Source of the DNA: Amoebidium appalachense
Taxonomy: Eukaryota; Protista; Ichthyosporea
DNA: 64,000 bases
Assembly: GCA_963693365.1 (NCBI GenBank)
Contig: CAVNZM010000013.1
Span: 457,317 to 521,316, forward strand
Direction: 5' to 3'
Positions 34,425 to 58,716 of the stretch are shown one piece after another. Position 1 is the first letter of the stretch. Every line of letters begins with the position of its first letter. The translations under genes were made by a program, and so were the position numbers. The notes below the pieces were generated by a model that did no database searches, was not told the origin of the DNA, and saw only the letters and a list, made by a program, of their open reading frames with translations.

Positions 34425-34472
<48 letters not shown>

Positions 34473-34948
34473 CGTGTGTGCGTGTGTTAAGGGGGGGGGG
34501 GGGGAGGGGGGGATGCCGTGAAAAAGATGAGAGGGATTTCACGGGATCCACAAAAGGGAATTAATTAGAGGTGAAAAGAGCTAACTGAAAATGGAAAGCA
34601 GGGAAGTGGGGGCAGGGGGGGGGGGGGGGGGGGGGGGAGGGGAGAGGGGGGAGGGGGGAAGATTTGGGGTGGTCTGGTAACGGAGACAGAGACCCGGAGG
34701 GTAGGGGTGAGCAGAGGAAGAGGAGGGGAGCGGAGGGGGGGAGCGGCCCGAATGGCATTTCATTATAATCCCGTAATGATCCGGTAACTTATGGGCCGAA
34801 AGTGTGAAAGAAAACGAAAAGAATATTTGGGGGTGAGGGTGAAGCAATTCTAACAGATCAGACGGAGTATAGTATAGAATGACAGGTCAGTGTCTTCAAA
34901 GTAACATGCAGCACGTGCCGTTGTGTGAGGTGTGTGCATGTGTGTACT

Positions 34949-34998
<50 letters not shown>

Positions 34999-35871
34999 CG
35001 TGTGTGTGTGTGTGTGTGTGTATGTGGACCCGTGTGTGTGTGGACGCGTGCGTCGAGCGTGCGTATGTGTGCATGCACGTGCGTGCGTGTGCTTTTGTGC
35101 CTGGGTGTGTGTGTGTTCGCACTTGCAGGCATGCATTCCAAAAGTGTGGGTACGAATCATTTGAGGCTGTGTAAGCACATCAATGACATTCCTATCTCTT
35201 TTCTTCTTCTTCTTTTTTCCTTTGCGTAAATGGGAGGCCACTGACGGAATGGATGAGGAGGGGTGTGCTTGTGCAAGGGGAGGAGTGATGTTGACGGAAG
35301 ACACAAGAACATGATTTTTTTCTATAGACGGATTTGCAGGCAGAAGCCCAAATTTTTTGTAATAAAACCACAACAAAAAAAAAAAAAAAAAAAAAAAACT
35401 TTGAAGGAAAAAAAAAAAAAAAAAAAAAAAGAAAAAGAGAAAAGAAAAAGAGAAAAAAAGCCTGTATAAATCATGCTTGCATCAGTGGTGTACAAGTAGT
35501 GCTCGAACTGCCAAACGCAGGCGCACCACTCGTGTGTTGGGGTGTGTGCTGACGTGAACAGAGAGAGAATTGGGGGGCCCGGGGGGGAGGGGGAGGGAGG
35601 CGGATGGGGGGGGGGGGGGGGGGGGATGGGGGGGGGGAGAGAGAGAGAGAGAGAGAGGGAGGAGGGGTGCATGCCTTCTTCCACATCCTTCCTCCTGGCA
35701 AAAATGGTTCCTATTCAGCTGGCTGAAGAGACGACGTCTCCTCTTGGGCAGTTGAGGAGACGGGGCCGGGGAACTCGAAGAGGATACAGACCCACCATAG
35801 TTGCCTCCCCCACGTGGAAATAGGCTGTGCCCAAGAGGACGGGTCCCAAAATCCCACGAGTGACTGTTCAT
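30970..35871 (-). CDS. Large disordered protein with a single N-terminal C2H2 zinc finger and basic NLS; probable transcription factor
   Basis: Exon 35871-35675 (…PKRRRR…[10 protein letters not shown]) splices via AG|GCATGC…TTTTAG|G to the exon starting at 33929 ([12 protein letters not shown]). Removing one C near 33895 gives [23 protein letters not shown], in frame with ORF 33868-31994. A second shift near 32300 joins ORF 32109-30970. Confidence 0.78.
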
Positions 35872-37371
35872 GACCTTGGTAGAAGTTTGAAGTTGAAGAG
35901 GGAATTATATTATGTGTGACGAAGGAAGTTTTTGAAGGAGGAATGAAAAGTAGAAGCAGGAGAGAAAAGATAACAATGCCTTGTTGTTTGTATGTTGCAA
36001 GAAGGTGGCTCACTCACCCAAATATACCTGAGGGTATGATTTTGTACCACAGGTCTGAACTAGTTGCCTGGAAAACTCTAAACAGCTCATGTATGTTATG
36101 TTTTGCTTTTGGGTTCCCCTTTTGACCAGAGACTTCGTATTTCGAATTCGTTCCTCTATTCGTTCCGTCTTTTTTCCCTCACATACACACCACACACACT
36201 CAGAGCTCTCTCCTACTAATCTCTCTCATTTTTTCTCGTCATCACTCGCCAAGGTTTTTTCTCTTTTCTTTGTAAAAACGTGACGTTTTCTTCTTTACAC
36301 GTCACGTGTTAGGTGCGCGTGTACTGCTTCGCGCGGCCAACCGCGAGCTATCCGGGCCCGGCAAGGCCGGGCTTGGTGCTGAGTCCGGCCGTGTAAGGTA
36401 CTACGGCCGTGTGTGCGGTGCTTATGTAATCTAAGAAGCCGGCATTCAATGCGCATGATTTTATGTGATCCCTTTTCCCATCATTACGGCGTCGTTCCGT
36501 GGCGCTAGCCGGGACTAGCCCCTGACTACTTCATGTGGCGCTTGTTTCCAGCTTTGCTTATTTCATTTCATTATTCTTAGCTACAATCGGTTATGATTTA
36601 TTGTATTGTAGGACCTGGTCAGCAGTAAAGACTTCGCCGGCCGGTCCGGGCCGGACCGGGTGGGTGTTGACCTGTTTGACCAATCAAAAAAGTGCTTTAA
36701 AGTTTATCACCTTTTGAGCGAGAAAAGCGCTGATTGGTCCTTTTTAAAGTTTTGGCGGCATTCCTAGATTCCAGTGATTCCAGGCGTGACTTCGTGACGG
36801 TGCCATACAGAGCAGAGCTGCGAGCAAGTCACGTTGAAAGTTGTGTGTGTGTGTTTTTCAGTATACGGTACAGTGGGCAAGAATGGTCAACTACAGCAAG
36901 TGGGAATCTATCCCAGATGATTCAGACAGTGACGGGGAGGGTGTAGACCGCGAGTCGCAACCTCCCGGTAGATTCACTTTGCCACCGGGTGTAGGCAACC
37001 CGCTTGAATTCCTGACTTCCTTATTGCTCGATGCACCACCATCGAGCTTACCTCGCCCAGAGTATGTGAAACTAGATCCTAAGGACACGGGAAAGGGATT
37101 GATGTCAGAGTTTCTTAAACATCCAGACAAGCACGTGCCTGTTAAAGACCCTCAGACAGACCGGTTTGATTCGTGGGGATTGCCCTACCATAGGTACCAA
37201 CATGGAGAATTATTTTTTTGAAACATGACTATGCAAGACGTTTACTACAAAAAGCAGTCCCCCGAGGAGCAGTTTGTGAGGGCGTTGATGGAAAGGAAGA
37301 AGAAGAAGCTTGCTGAACAGGCTACTGCGGTGGAGAAGCTGAAGGTGTGTGTGTGTGTGTGTGTGTCTCCC

Positions 37372-37416
<45 letters not shown>

Positions 37417-38203
37417 CCCCCCTCTCTCTCTTTCTCAGTCTCTCTTTTACTCTCTCTGTGTGTGTTTGTGTGTGTGTGTGTGTGCGTGCGTGTGCTTTTT
37501 TTTTTGGTGTGCGCGCGTGTGTGTGCGTGAGTACGTGCGTGTGTTTGTGTAGATGATCGTGCAAGTACGTGCGTGTGTTTGTGTAGATGATTGTGCGTAC
37601 GTGCATGGCTGCGTGCGTGGTCGGTGCGTGCGTGGTCGGTGCGTGCGCGCATCTGTGTGCACGGGCGCGTGCATGTGCATGTGCATGTGCATGTGCATGC
37701 GCTTGTGCTTGTGCTGCGTAATTGTGCATGTCATGGTGTGTGTGTGTGTATCCGCACGCTGCGTCTGTTTGTTTATCTGTGTGTGCACGCAACACGTGAC
37801 AGTGTATGCATATGCGTGTGCAAACGCGTGTTTGTCTTTTCGTCTCCTTGTGTGTGTATGCATAGCTCCGTGTGCTTGTGCGCACGTGTGTAGGAGCTGG
37901 TGGGGGGGACGGGGGAGGGGAATTGGGGAAAAGTGGGGGGGGGAGGGGGGGGGGGGAGTAGGGGGGAAGGGGAGGAGAAGGAGGGGGGGGGGGGGGGGGG
38001 GGACTATTACCTTCAGAATTGCCAAATGTGCGCTTTAGATGAGAAAAAGTCTGTGTTGCATTTCTTTTTGGAAAAGTGAGCCCAAAGTCAGCACAAGTTT
38101 GTGTTATGGTGGATTCAGTTCAGTGCATGTGGTGTGTGTGTCTCTTGACTATATGCACGTGGTTTTATCAATGATTTTAATTTTTTTTAAAATCTCTTTG
38201 ATT

Positions 38204-38457
38204 CCCAGCCTCGGTCGGAGATGAGGCTGGGTCTTAGGAGAAAGGGGGGGCGTGGGGGGGAAAGGACTGAGCTGTTCTTGCGTAAAAAAGGATCCGAAAT
38301 CCAGTCAGTGTTTTTGGCGGCGGATTCTAAAATTCCCAACAGACACTTTGTGACGCCAGTAGTCCCAGTACACGAGATCACGATCTAAGAAGCTTAACGA
38401 AGATACCAGATGGCTCTGGCTTCGCCCTGTCAGTGAGCCTGGCCGACCGAGGCTGGG
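38204..38457. repeat. Intronic 254-bp element bounded by 15-bp inverted repeats
   Basis: CCCAGCCTCGGTCGG (38204-38218) and CCGACCGAGGCTGGG (38443-38457); no TSD recognised. Confidence 0.55.
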
Positions 38458-38962
38458 CGATAGCGATATGGCGTAGCCATTGAGCTCATTTATCTAAAAT
38501 CTTTTCATGAGTGGCGGCTGTCTTCGTGGGTTTTGTGTTCTGGTATGTCAGTAGATAAGGATGTTTGGGTACGTGGATTGGGGTGGTGGTGGCATAGAGG
38601 TAACGGGGGATTGTCTCTTTCAATGTATTTCTTTTTCTTTTTGGGGGGTTGGAGGGGGAGGAAAGGGGGGGGGGGGGGGGGGGGGGGGGGGGGAGGGAGG
38701 GAGGGGGGGAGGGGAGAGAGGGCAGGGGGAGGGAGGGAGGGAGGAGCGGGGTAGAAAGGAAGGTGGGAGTGGAAAGGATGCTTGGAGTAGGGATAGAAGG
38801 GGGGGGGGGGGGGAGGGGGGGAGGGAGGGGGGGGGGGGGGGGGGGCTGTGTCATGCACTAGGGTTACAATCTTTTCAGTTAGTCAAATTCTTTAATCACG
38901 ATTTTGATCTGGTTGTGTATGCAAAGAGGTGTGCTTTAAACCACAGTAATTGATTGGGTCTT

Positions 38963-38994
<32 letters not shown>

Positions 38995-39957
38995 GGGGGG
39001 AGGGGGGGTCTCTTGGTCATGATTTCGATATCAGGGGAGGGGGAGGGGGGGTCTCTTGGTCATGATTCCGATATCAAATGAAGTGTGAGCAGATAAATGA
39101 CACGATAAATACATTCCCCAGCCCCCCTTTTTTTAACCTTAAATACATCTGCACCAACAGATTATCTGAAAATATTCAAAAAAAATCCTGAAAAGTCCTA
39201 TTTTACGAACAAATAATAACCACGAATCCATTCCGCAGTTGTGCGAAATTTACTCTCTGGATCTTTTTTACGGGCACCGCATTGTGGTGAAGGGTCAGCG
39301 GGAACATGCCTCTCTCCGCATTTCAAGACAAACTCCTGAACCCGGTTATCGGGTGGAATAGAAATTGTCACACCTATGTGCTAAGAGACGCGCATGACGG
39401 CGCTGTTTTCGGTCCTGAAAAATCATCTGCTGTAGATTTTGGTGGATGAATAACCATGGATACGTCGCGTTGGATGCAAGCGTATGTATTAACCCCTCCC
39501 CCCCCCCCCCCCCCCCCCCCTCCCCCCCCCCCCCCCCCCCCCTTCAGCCCTCCTTTTCCACCCCTCCCCCCCCCCCCCCTCCCCCTCCTCCCCCCCAATA
39601 TCCCCTTCACTTTCTTCCCAACCGGTTCCCGCCCCCTTCCCCCCCCTCCCCACCTTTTTCACCCTTCCCCCCCCCCCCCCCCCCCCTTTCCACCTCCCCC
39701 CCTCCCCCCCCCCCGCCCCCGTTTTCCCCCTCTCCCCCTTCCCCTCCCCCCGTTCCTCCCCGCCCCCCCCTTCCTCTCCCAACATACACACACCACTCCC
39801 ACAATACGCACACACACGCACGGACATGCATATACGCATATCCACATCTGCTAGGGCATGCACATAACATATACGCACTCTTAGCCATGCACACTTACAC
39901 ACACGGGTGTTGGGATACACACACACACACACCCACCCACCCACCCACCCACCCACC

Positions 39958-40183
<226 letters not shown>

Positions 40184-40287
40184 CACACCAGACACATGCG
40201 TGTGCACGGCTGCATGCATACACACGTGGGCACGCTAACACTCGGGCAATGTATGTCTATTTTGTGTTCTGATATTAATCTGTCGAA

Positions 40288-40318
<31 letters not shown>

Positions 40319-40634
40319 CACCCCATCACCCCCCCCCCCCCCCCCCCCCCTGCCCCGTTCGACCCCTACACCCCGATGACCCATAAACCCCAGCATATTC
40401 TTAAATTCACCCCTTTCTACTTAGTATTACGCTCTCTCTCACGTTCACAAGCGTACACATGTGTACACACACTTGCACACATCGTGACACGTATACAAGC
40501 ATAAGCAGTTTACAAACACTCAGAAGCACACTCTCTTTCGAGGATTATTTAGCATCCATCCTTCCCTCAGCGTGTTTTACCGGTTTTACTTTGGGAATCA
40601 CAAAATGTCGACATTTTCCTTAACCCTGAGTCAG

Positions 40635-41235
40635 AATCACTGTGTGCATGCATGCAGGAATACCGACTTAAGTGTAATCTCATACTCAGTGTGCATGCAT
40701 GCAGAAATAACGTTTTAGGGTAATTACATAATCACTGTGTGCATGCATGCAGGAATACCGCCTTAGTGTAATCTTATACTCACGGTGTGCATGCATGCAG
40801 GAATACCGCCTTAGTGTAATCACATAATCACTGTGTACATGCACGCAGGAATACCGCCTTAAGAGTAATCACATAATCACTGTGTGCATGCATGCAAGAT
40901 TACCCATAATCACTGTGTGCATGTATGCAAGAATACCGCCTAGCGTGATCACACAATCACTGTGTGCATGCATGCATGAATACCGCCTAGCGCAATCACG
41001 CAATCACTGTGTGCATGCATACAGGAAAATTACACTGTGTGCATGCATGCAGGAAAGTTACACTGTGTGCATGCATGCAGCAAAATTACACTGTATGCAT
41101 GCATGCAGGAAATTTACACTGTGTGCATGCATGCAGGAATACCGCCTTAGTGTAATCACATAATCACTGTGTGCTTGCATGCAGAATACTGTCATCGCAT
41201 ATTCACTGTGTGCATGCATGCAGGAATACCGGCTG
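40635..41235 (+). repeat. Minisatellite of about 15 units (28-48 bp; CACTGTGTGCATGCATGCAGGAATACCGCCTTAGTGTAATCACATAAT) overlapping a 3' splice site
   Basis: Tandem units visible; the last unit supplies the real acceptor at 41223/41224. Confidence 0.9.
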
Positions 41236-42463
41236 GCCGACATCCTAACCCACATCGGCGCAAGCATGGATTACGTCTACGACCTCGGCGACAGTTGGCT
41301 CCACACCATCAAAGTCCTAGGCATAAACCCTCCGGACCAATCAGATGGCAGGGTTAACGTTTTAGGCGGAGAATGGAGCTGCCCACCGGAAGACAGCAAC
41401 GGTCTACCGACAAAACAGTTTCGAGAGGGTAGTGTTAACTGGGAGGAGGCGTGGACCTCAAGGAACGTGAAAAAGGGAACCAGAGACTTGCGCCGTTTTT
41501 CACTGAAGGAGGCGCGCAGTAGGTGGGTGCTATTTCAATCCAAACGGGGTCTGAGGACGCTTTTGTACATACGCGGTGGGATTGGGGGGGAGGGGGGGGA
41601 GGGGGGGAAGGCTGGGGGGGTGAGGGGGGAAGGGGAAGGCGGAGGGGTGGGCGGAGGGAGAAGGGGGTGGGGAGTGAGATGGGGAAGGAGTGAGGGGAAA
41701 GTGGGGGGGGGGGGGGAGTGGTCGATATATGATAATACATTAAAAAGAAATAGGTGAAGCAGATGTGGTGGGACAAAGAGAATTGGAAAGAGGGGGAGGG
41801 GGGGGGGGGGGGGGTGTCTTCAGGCTATTTTCTTTATCATACAGTTTATTTATTTGTTTATTATTCTTTCTTTCTTTCTTTTTTTTTTTGGGGGGGGGGG
41901 GGGGGGGGGAAGGGGGGGGAGCAGACCAGTACGGCAGCAGTGGAGTCTATCGGGACATCATGCCCTGGATGACATCAATTGGCAATAGAGGTGTTACTGC
42001 CTATGTTAAGTGTCCTGTTTGCCTGTATATTTGCATGCTTTTTGTTAAGAAAAAAAAAGACGAAGAAGAATTCGGGGGGAGAGGGGGTGGGGGGAGGGGG
42101 GGGGGGAGAGGGGGGGGGGGGGGGGGATGCCCATCTGTGTGTTTGTGTGTGTGTTTGGGGTTTCCCTCCACCTCACACAAGTCCATGTGAACTCCCACAC
42201 ATGCACAAGCACACACACTCGCACACACGTAAACGCGCGCACATACAGAGAAGGAGAGGGAAAGAGAGAGACATCCACTGACATCAGCCACAACGTCCCC
42301 TCTTTCCCTTCCTCCCCCTCAACCCCCCCTCCCCCCCCCCCCTTCACTCCCTCTCCCCCCCCCCCCCCCCCCCCCTTGCTCCTCCCCACATACAACCACT
42401 CCCTCTCACCCCCCTCCCCACCGTTCTCCCACCCCCCACCCCCTTCCCCCCTCCCCCTTATCA

Positions 42464-42500
<37 letters not shown>

Positions 42501-43144
42501 ACAAAAAAAAAACACCATGAAAAAAAACACCATGAAAAAAAAAAAAAAAAAAAAAGAACACACACAATTTTTTTTTAAAAAAAACGACAAAAGCAAACAG
42601 GGTAGCGTCAGCCATCAACTCGTACGCGAGTGTCACCGAAGGTGCATGTTGCGTCACCAAGCCCATAAATGGCAAGTCGATTGAGGAATGTGTTTCCAAA
42701 ATGTTGTTTTTCCCGTTGGCAAAGTTCGAAAATTTCGGAAATCGAATTACCAATTTGGATGGGGGCTTTAGCTATCTTGTCGAAACGGTGCGCGTGGGAG
42801 GACGGGAAAAGAAACGAGAGGGATTGTGCTGGAATTGTGGTTTGCCGAATAATTTGAAGGTGTGCGGGGGGTGCCGACGCGTGAGGTGTTGTTGGGAGGG
42901 GCATAGAAACGTGTGCGGCGGTGCAAAGTAAGAAAGTGTGAACGGAGATTGAGTAGGTGTGTCTAGAAGAATGTTTCAGGGTGTAGGGGTGGTCGCTGAG
43001 CTTACAATCGTAAATGTATAAGTATTATGTGCTAATGAAGTGATTTTGTTGTAAGTATTTAAAATGGAACACAAAAAATCCGAAACGTGACATATCACAT
43101 TGGATCTGTCTGTGGTAAGGACCTTCGAGGGTACATTTCTCTTT

Positions 43145-43241
<97 letters not shown>

Positions 43242-43482
43242 TTGTTTTTGTGTGTGTGTGTGGGGGGGGGGGGGGGGGGAGGGAGGGGGGAGGGGGAGGA
43301 GGGGGGGGGGGGGGAGAGGGGAGGGGAGGGGGGAGGGGGGAGGGGGGAAGGGAGGGGAAGGGGGGGGGGGGAGGGGGAGGGGGAAAGGGGAAGGGAGGGG
43401 AGGTGGGGAGGAAGGGAGGGGGGGGAGGGGGGTCCTGATTCATTTGATTCTGTCTTTTCTTTCATTTTCCTTTTCTTGGTGC

Positions 43483-43519
<37 letters not shown>

Positions 43520-43630
43520 GGGAGAACACGACTTGGGGAGGTGAGGCTAAAGTAATTTTTTTTGTTGGGGGGCGGGGGGGGGGGGGGGGGGGGGGGGAGG
43601 GGAGAGGGGGTCCCGGAGGAGGGGGGAGAT

Positions 43631-43939
43631 GGCCATTCCCCGGACGAGTTCAGTGATAGGATGGGAGGTAGGGACAGGAAGGCATTTAGGTGTGAAAATG
43701 GAAGGAGGGAAGGAGGGAGCGTGGAGGCCTAGGAGGGACGGGGACTCCTTTTTTTTTTTTTTTTTTTGTGGGGGGGGGGGGGGGGGGGGAAGGGGGGGAG
43801 GGGGGGAGGGAGGGGGGAGAGGGCCATTCCCCGGACGAGCTCAGTGTAGGGATGTGAGGTAGGGACAGAGAGTCAGGGAGGTGTGAAAGTGGAAGGAGGG
43901 AGGGAGGGAGCGTGGAGGAGGGAATAGTAGGGACGGGGA
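43631..43939. repeat. Diverged local tandem duplication (about 190-bp period)
   Basis: GGCCATTCCCCGGACGAGyTCAGTG…GAGGTAGGGACAG…GGTGTGAAA…GAGGGAGCGTGGAGG…AGGGACGGGGA at about 43631 and about 43822. Confidence 0.8.
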
Positions 43940-45539
43940 TTGGGGGAGCGATGAGAGGTTAGGGTTGAGTGGCGTGTGAGCCCGTGAGGGCATGTCGCAT
44001 GCAACTGTATGTATAATTATCTGTCGAGGCACAGTTGTGTGTCGACACGCATGTGCGTGCAGGTATTGCACCTGGCAGATATACATTCCGGTGGGCATTC
44101 GGTCTTATATACACAATATCCTTACTAGTGCGAAACACAAATTTGGCATAACATATAACAAGCTCATGCACAGCACATACGCACAATTGGCAATACACCT
44201 CGGGGAGCAGTTGAATTTACGTGGTCGTTGTTGTTGCATGTGCAGAAGTGATGATTCAGTTACTAAGTCTATCTGTAATTGAAGATGTCAGTGATAACGT
44301 TCACTGAGCCATTGAAAAGTGATAGGCTTTTGCTCCCGGCGGGGGACTCGAGAGGGAGGGGAGGGGGGGGGGGGGGGGGGGGGGTTCAAAACTGTGTAAA
44401 TGTCCCTTTTTAACCATCGGTGTAAACAACGCACATAATTATAGGACGCGCCTACATGTTATCTGGCTTCATGCCAAACAGCGCAACGTGCCGAGTCAGC
44501 GGACACGGCCGTCGAGCGTCGCCGACTGAGTTCAGCGCGCTGGGGTTGGGGCCTGCCCCAACCGGCCATTGAATCAAGCAATTGAAGCAAGCGGACAGCC
44601 AATCAGAGATGTGGTGCTCTCCCTACTAATCACATTGTTAGTTTTGTAGATGATAATAACCAAATGTGGCTTTTTGTATTCTGGAGTACCCAATCACATC
44701 TAAATATCAACAACAACCAATCATATATGTTTGAATAGATCTGAATATATTCCGTCAATAAAGCCATCTGCCAATCCCGGACACGCCACCGTGCGTTTTA
44801 TGGTGTCACGAGCGGTTGCGGGGAAGGCGGCGCAAAGAGGGACAAACAAAAGAAAAAAAGAGGTTCTGTTGATACTTAAAAAGACGGGTAAATTAATATG
44901 ACGTTATTTGTTTTATAATGGATGTTGCTGAAAAGCCGAATTGTCTTCTCACTCTCCTGATTATAGTCTTTGAATTCTGAACCGTCTATTTGTGCACGTC
45001 GGAATTGTTTGTTGTTCGCGGCATAGAACCCGGCATGCGCAAAAGCAGGAGCAATTTGCGTGCCTCGAAATACCGCGTGGTACACCCCAGCCCTAAGGGG
45101 GTATAAAAGCGGCTTGCTAGCGCACTCAGAGCGCTCTTTCACTCACATAGCCGACAAACATGTTATAACATGTTATTATAATAGACTTTGAACGAACCGG
45201 TGCCTATACACGAATGATAGACATAGCGTGGATCATGAGTCGCTATGACACCTTCATGTGATCACATGCAACTTGTTTATAAACATAGCAACTAACGACA
45301 TATGAAACGCTTAAGGTTGAGGCAGTGATTCTCCACAATACATTTACTTATATTAAGAATTTATTTAAATGGGGTTTTCTCACGTTGCGCACCACATCCA
45401 CGGAGCATTTGATTCTCGCTTCCCAATTATATCCGTTATAACAATATTACATTAGCTTCGAAAGATTTTGGTTTTTCCCAATCCCAACACAGTGCTAGGC
45501 TCCAGAATTAATACTGATTTCGTGCTGTGGATCATCACA

Positions 45540-56629
<11,090 letters not shown>

Positions 56630-56848
56630 TTAAAAGTTAAAGTCTTGGCTCTTGAGGCCTATTGGTCACCAAATGGTGATAAACTGTGATGATTAATGAA
56701 TGAATGGATATATAAATAGAATTGGGTTAATTCGGGTCACTTGCAGATGTTTTTTGACTGTTCGCCAAAATTTAAGGTTGGGTGGTTCACACACATAATC
56801 TTTCACCATTTTTGGGGAGACATTATGATACATGTATGTGCAAATTAA

Positions 56849-57092
56849 TACAGATACCGTCCGCGAATAAGAACCCCCCAAAATGTGGCCCGGGGGGCAG
56901 AATCTTAAATTTATTGGAGGGTCACGGTCAGAATCTTAATGGCGGGGGGCTATCCAGTATGATTTACTCATCCGTCCGCCAATAAGATCACCCCGAAAAC
57001 TTGCCGGGGGGCAGAATCTTTTTTAAAAAAACCGATTTTGCCGGGGGCGAAATCTTATTGGCGGGGGTTCTTATTCGCGGACAGTATCTGTA
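56849..57092. mobile_element. MITE with 28-bp TIRs (CAGATACCGTCCGCGAATAAGAACCCCC) and TA TSD
   Basis: TIRs at 56851-56878 and 57063-57090 with one mismatch, TA on both sides; internal CCGGGGGG(C)AGAATCTT-type repeats. Confidence 0.88.
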
Positions 57093-58252
57093 ATGCATAT
57101 GATGATGATCATGGCTAAAAACTGTGTAATAAGTGAACTATTCAAATAGCCTGCTTGAGGTCGACTCTGCCAAAAACAACAACTTGGCAAAATAAAAACC
57201 ACAAGGAAGACTCGGTTACGTACAACCCCCTCGGCGTTGGTTATGACGGGTCAGAAGAGCTTTATTGGACGTCTTAGAGATTCTGAATTACGGGGGGGAT
57301 TTTCTCACGGTTCTTATATTAATAATTAAGGGTCAAAGTTTCATGGCCATGATCATTTTCTTTAATGGTCGGTAACTGCATGCAGCAAGCACTTGCGCAG
57401 TAATGTTGGTTTCAACCTCTAAATGGTTAATTATGTAGTTAGGTCTATGCAAGTTTGATGGGGCAAGCAGGACGTCGGCATAGATACGCACAAATCCGAT
57501 CGGATAGGTCATGGTCCCCCCGGGGGGGGGGGGGGGGGGGGAGGGGGAGCCTAGGGGGGTGTACAGGGGGAGGGCGTACCTGGCCGGGGTCACAGTGGGT
57601 GGGGGTGAGGGGGGGGGGGGGGGGAGAGGGAGAGGGAGGGGGAGCGGGATCCGGAATCCGAAGGGTGGGAAGGGGGACGGGAGACTCTCGAGGGAGGAGC
57701 GCGGGGGGAAGGGGGTGGGAGGGGAGGGAGGGGGGATGGGTGAGGGGAAGAGGATGGGAGAGGGGAAGGAGGCCGGGAGGGGAGGGGGAGGGGGGGGGAG
57801 GAAGGAAAGGGCCCCGGGGTGGGGTGGGGGGGGGGGGGGGGGGGGGCAGAAGGGGGGGGGAGGAGGGGCAGCAACTGTCAAGATTATTTGCAAACTCCGA
57901 ATCGAATCCTCCCTTGCCTGGAGAGAATACATAAGTTGGGGCGAGAAATACGTACGAATGAAGACCCATCGTCTACAGGTCCTCGTTTTATTGTCTTCAT
58001 CTATAGGAAGAAGGCTGGTGGCAAACCACGACATATATCATTACTCCTGAAAGGGAACTTATATATGTAAATACGCGGTGTTACACCTGCATTAGCAGGA
58101 ATCCTATAGCCACTTCATAATAGTAGCCATGGCCGGACCGGTATACTATGCACTATGAAATTGGTATTGGATCTAAGACTTGTTACAATTATCATATTGA
58201 TATGTGTGCACATACATGATCAATAGTTCAATCATCATGCATGCATAGTAGG

Positions 58253-58716
58253 CTACTTCCTGCAGCAGTATTCGGCGGAGCATACGGGCACCTTTTTATT
58301 GGCGTAGGGCAGGCAGGGCATGGAGTCGGTGGGCCACGTTTCTGGGGGGCAGTGGGTGCCTGTGGCGTAGAACCAGTCTTTGCAGTTATGGGGCGTTCCG
58401 CTCTCGAGGCGATCATCCTTGTCGCCTCCATCTGCAGCTTCAGCCTGCCGCCGTTCGCGTGTGAGTGTCTGCGGCACGCAGCACACATCCACCGTGCACT
58501 TGCCGAACACCTCGTGGCCCATCCAGCGCGCACACCGCCTGTTGCTCAAAACGTCGTTGTGGTCGGGGCACGCACTAACAACGTTATTAATATTAACGTC
58601 GGAGGCGTCCCATTCGCTGCAAGTCATGACGTAGTTCTGTGTGCGGGGGGGGGGGGGGGGTGGGTGGTGCGGCCCAAGGCAACAGCCAGCGCAGCGGCGA
58701 GCAGAATAACCTTCAT
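58253..58716 (-). CDS. Secreted Cys-rich precursor, copy A (signal peptide + two 6-Cys modules)
   Basis: MKVILLAAALAVALG signal; two modules C-x2-W…CP-x10-C-x10/11-C-x4-CC; 1-nt shift inside the 16-G run at 58645-58660; close paralog at 60402. Confidence 0.82.

Noticed and set aside
36883-36935. CDC37, suggested by MVNYSKWESI…DSD
   Set aside because: Similarity limited to the short N-terminal motif; the rest is MM3350-like + MYND
39288-39290. TGA recoding (Sec/Trp/readthrough)
   Set aside because: The position expects Arg, the gene has other lesions, and TGA appears to serve as a normal stop at 9603-9605
40635-41235. CRISPR-like repeat-spacer array
   Set aside because: Intervening segments are mutually homologous degenerate parts of one minisatellite unit in a eukaryotic intron
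44330-44352. tRNA-like 3' half (TGCTCCCGGCGGGGGACTCGA)
   Set aside because: B-box incomplete, no cloverleaf, runs into poly(G)
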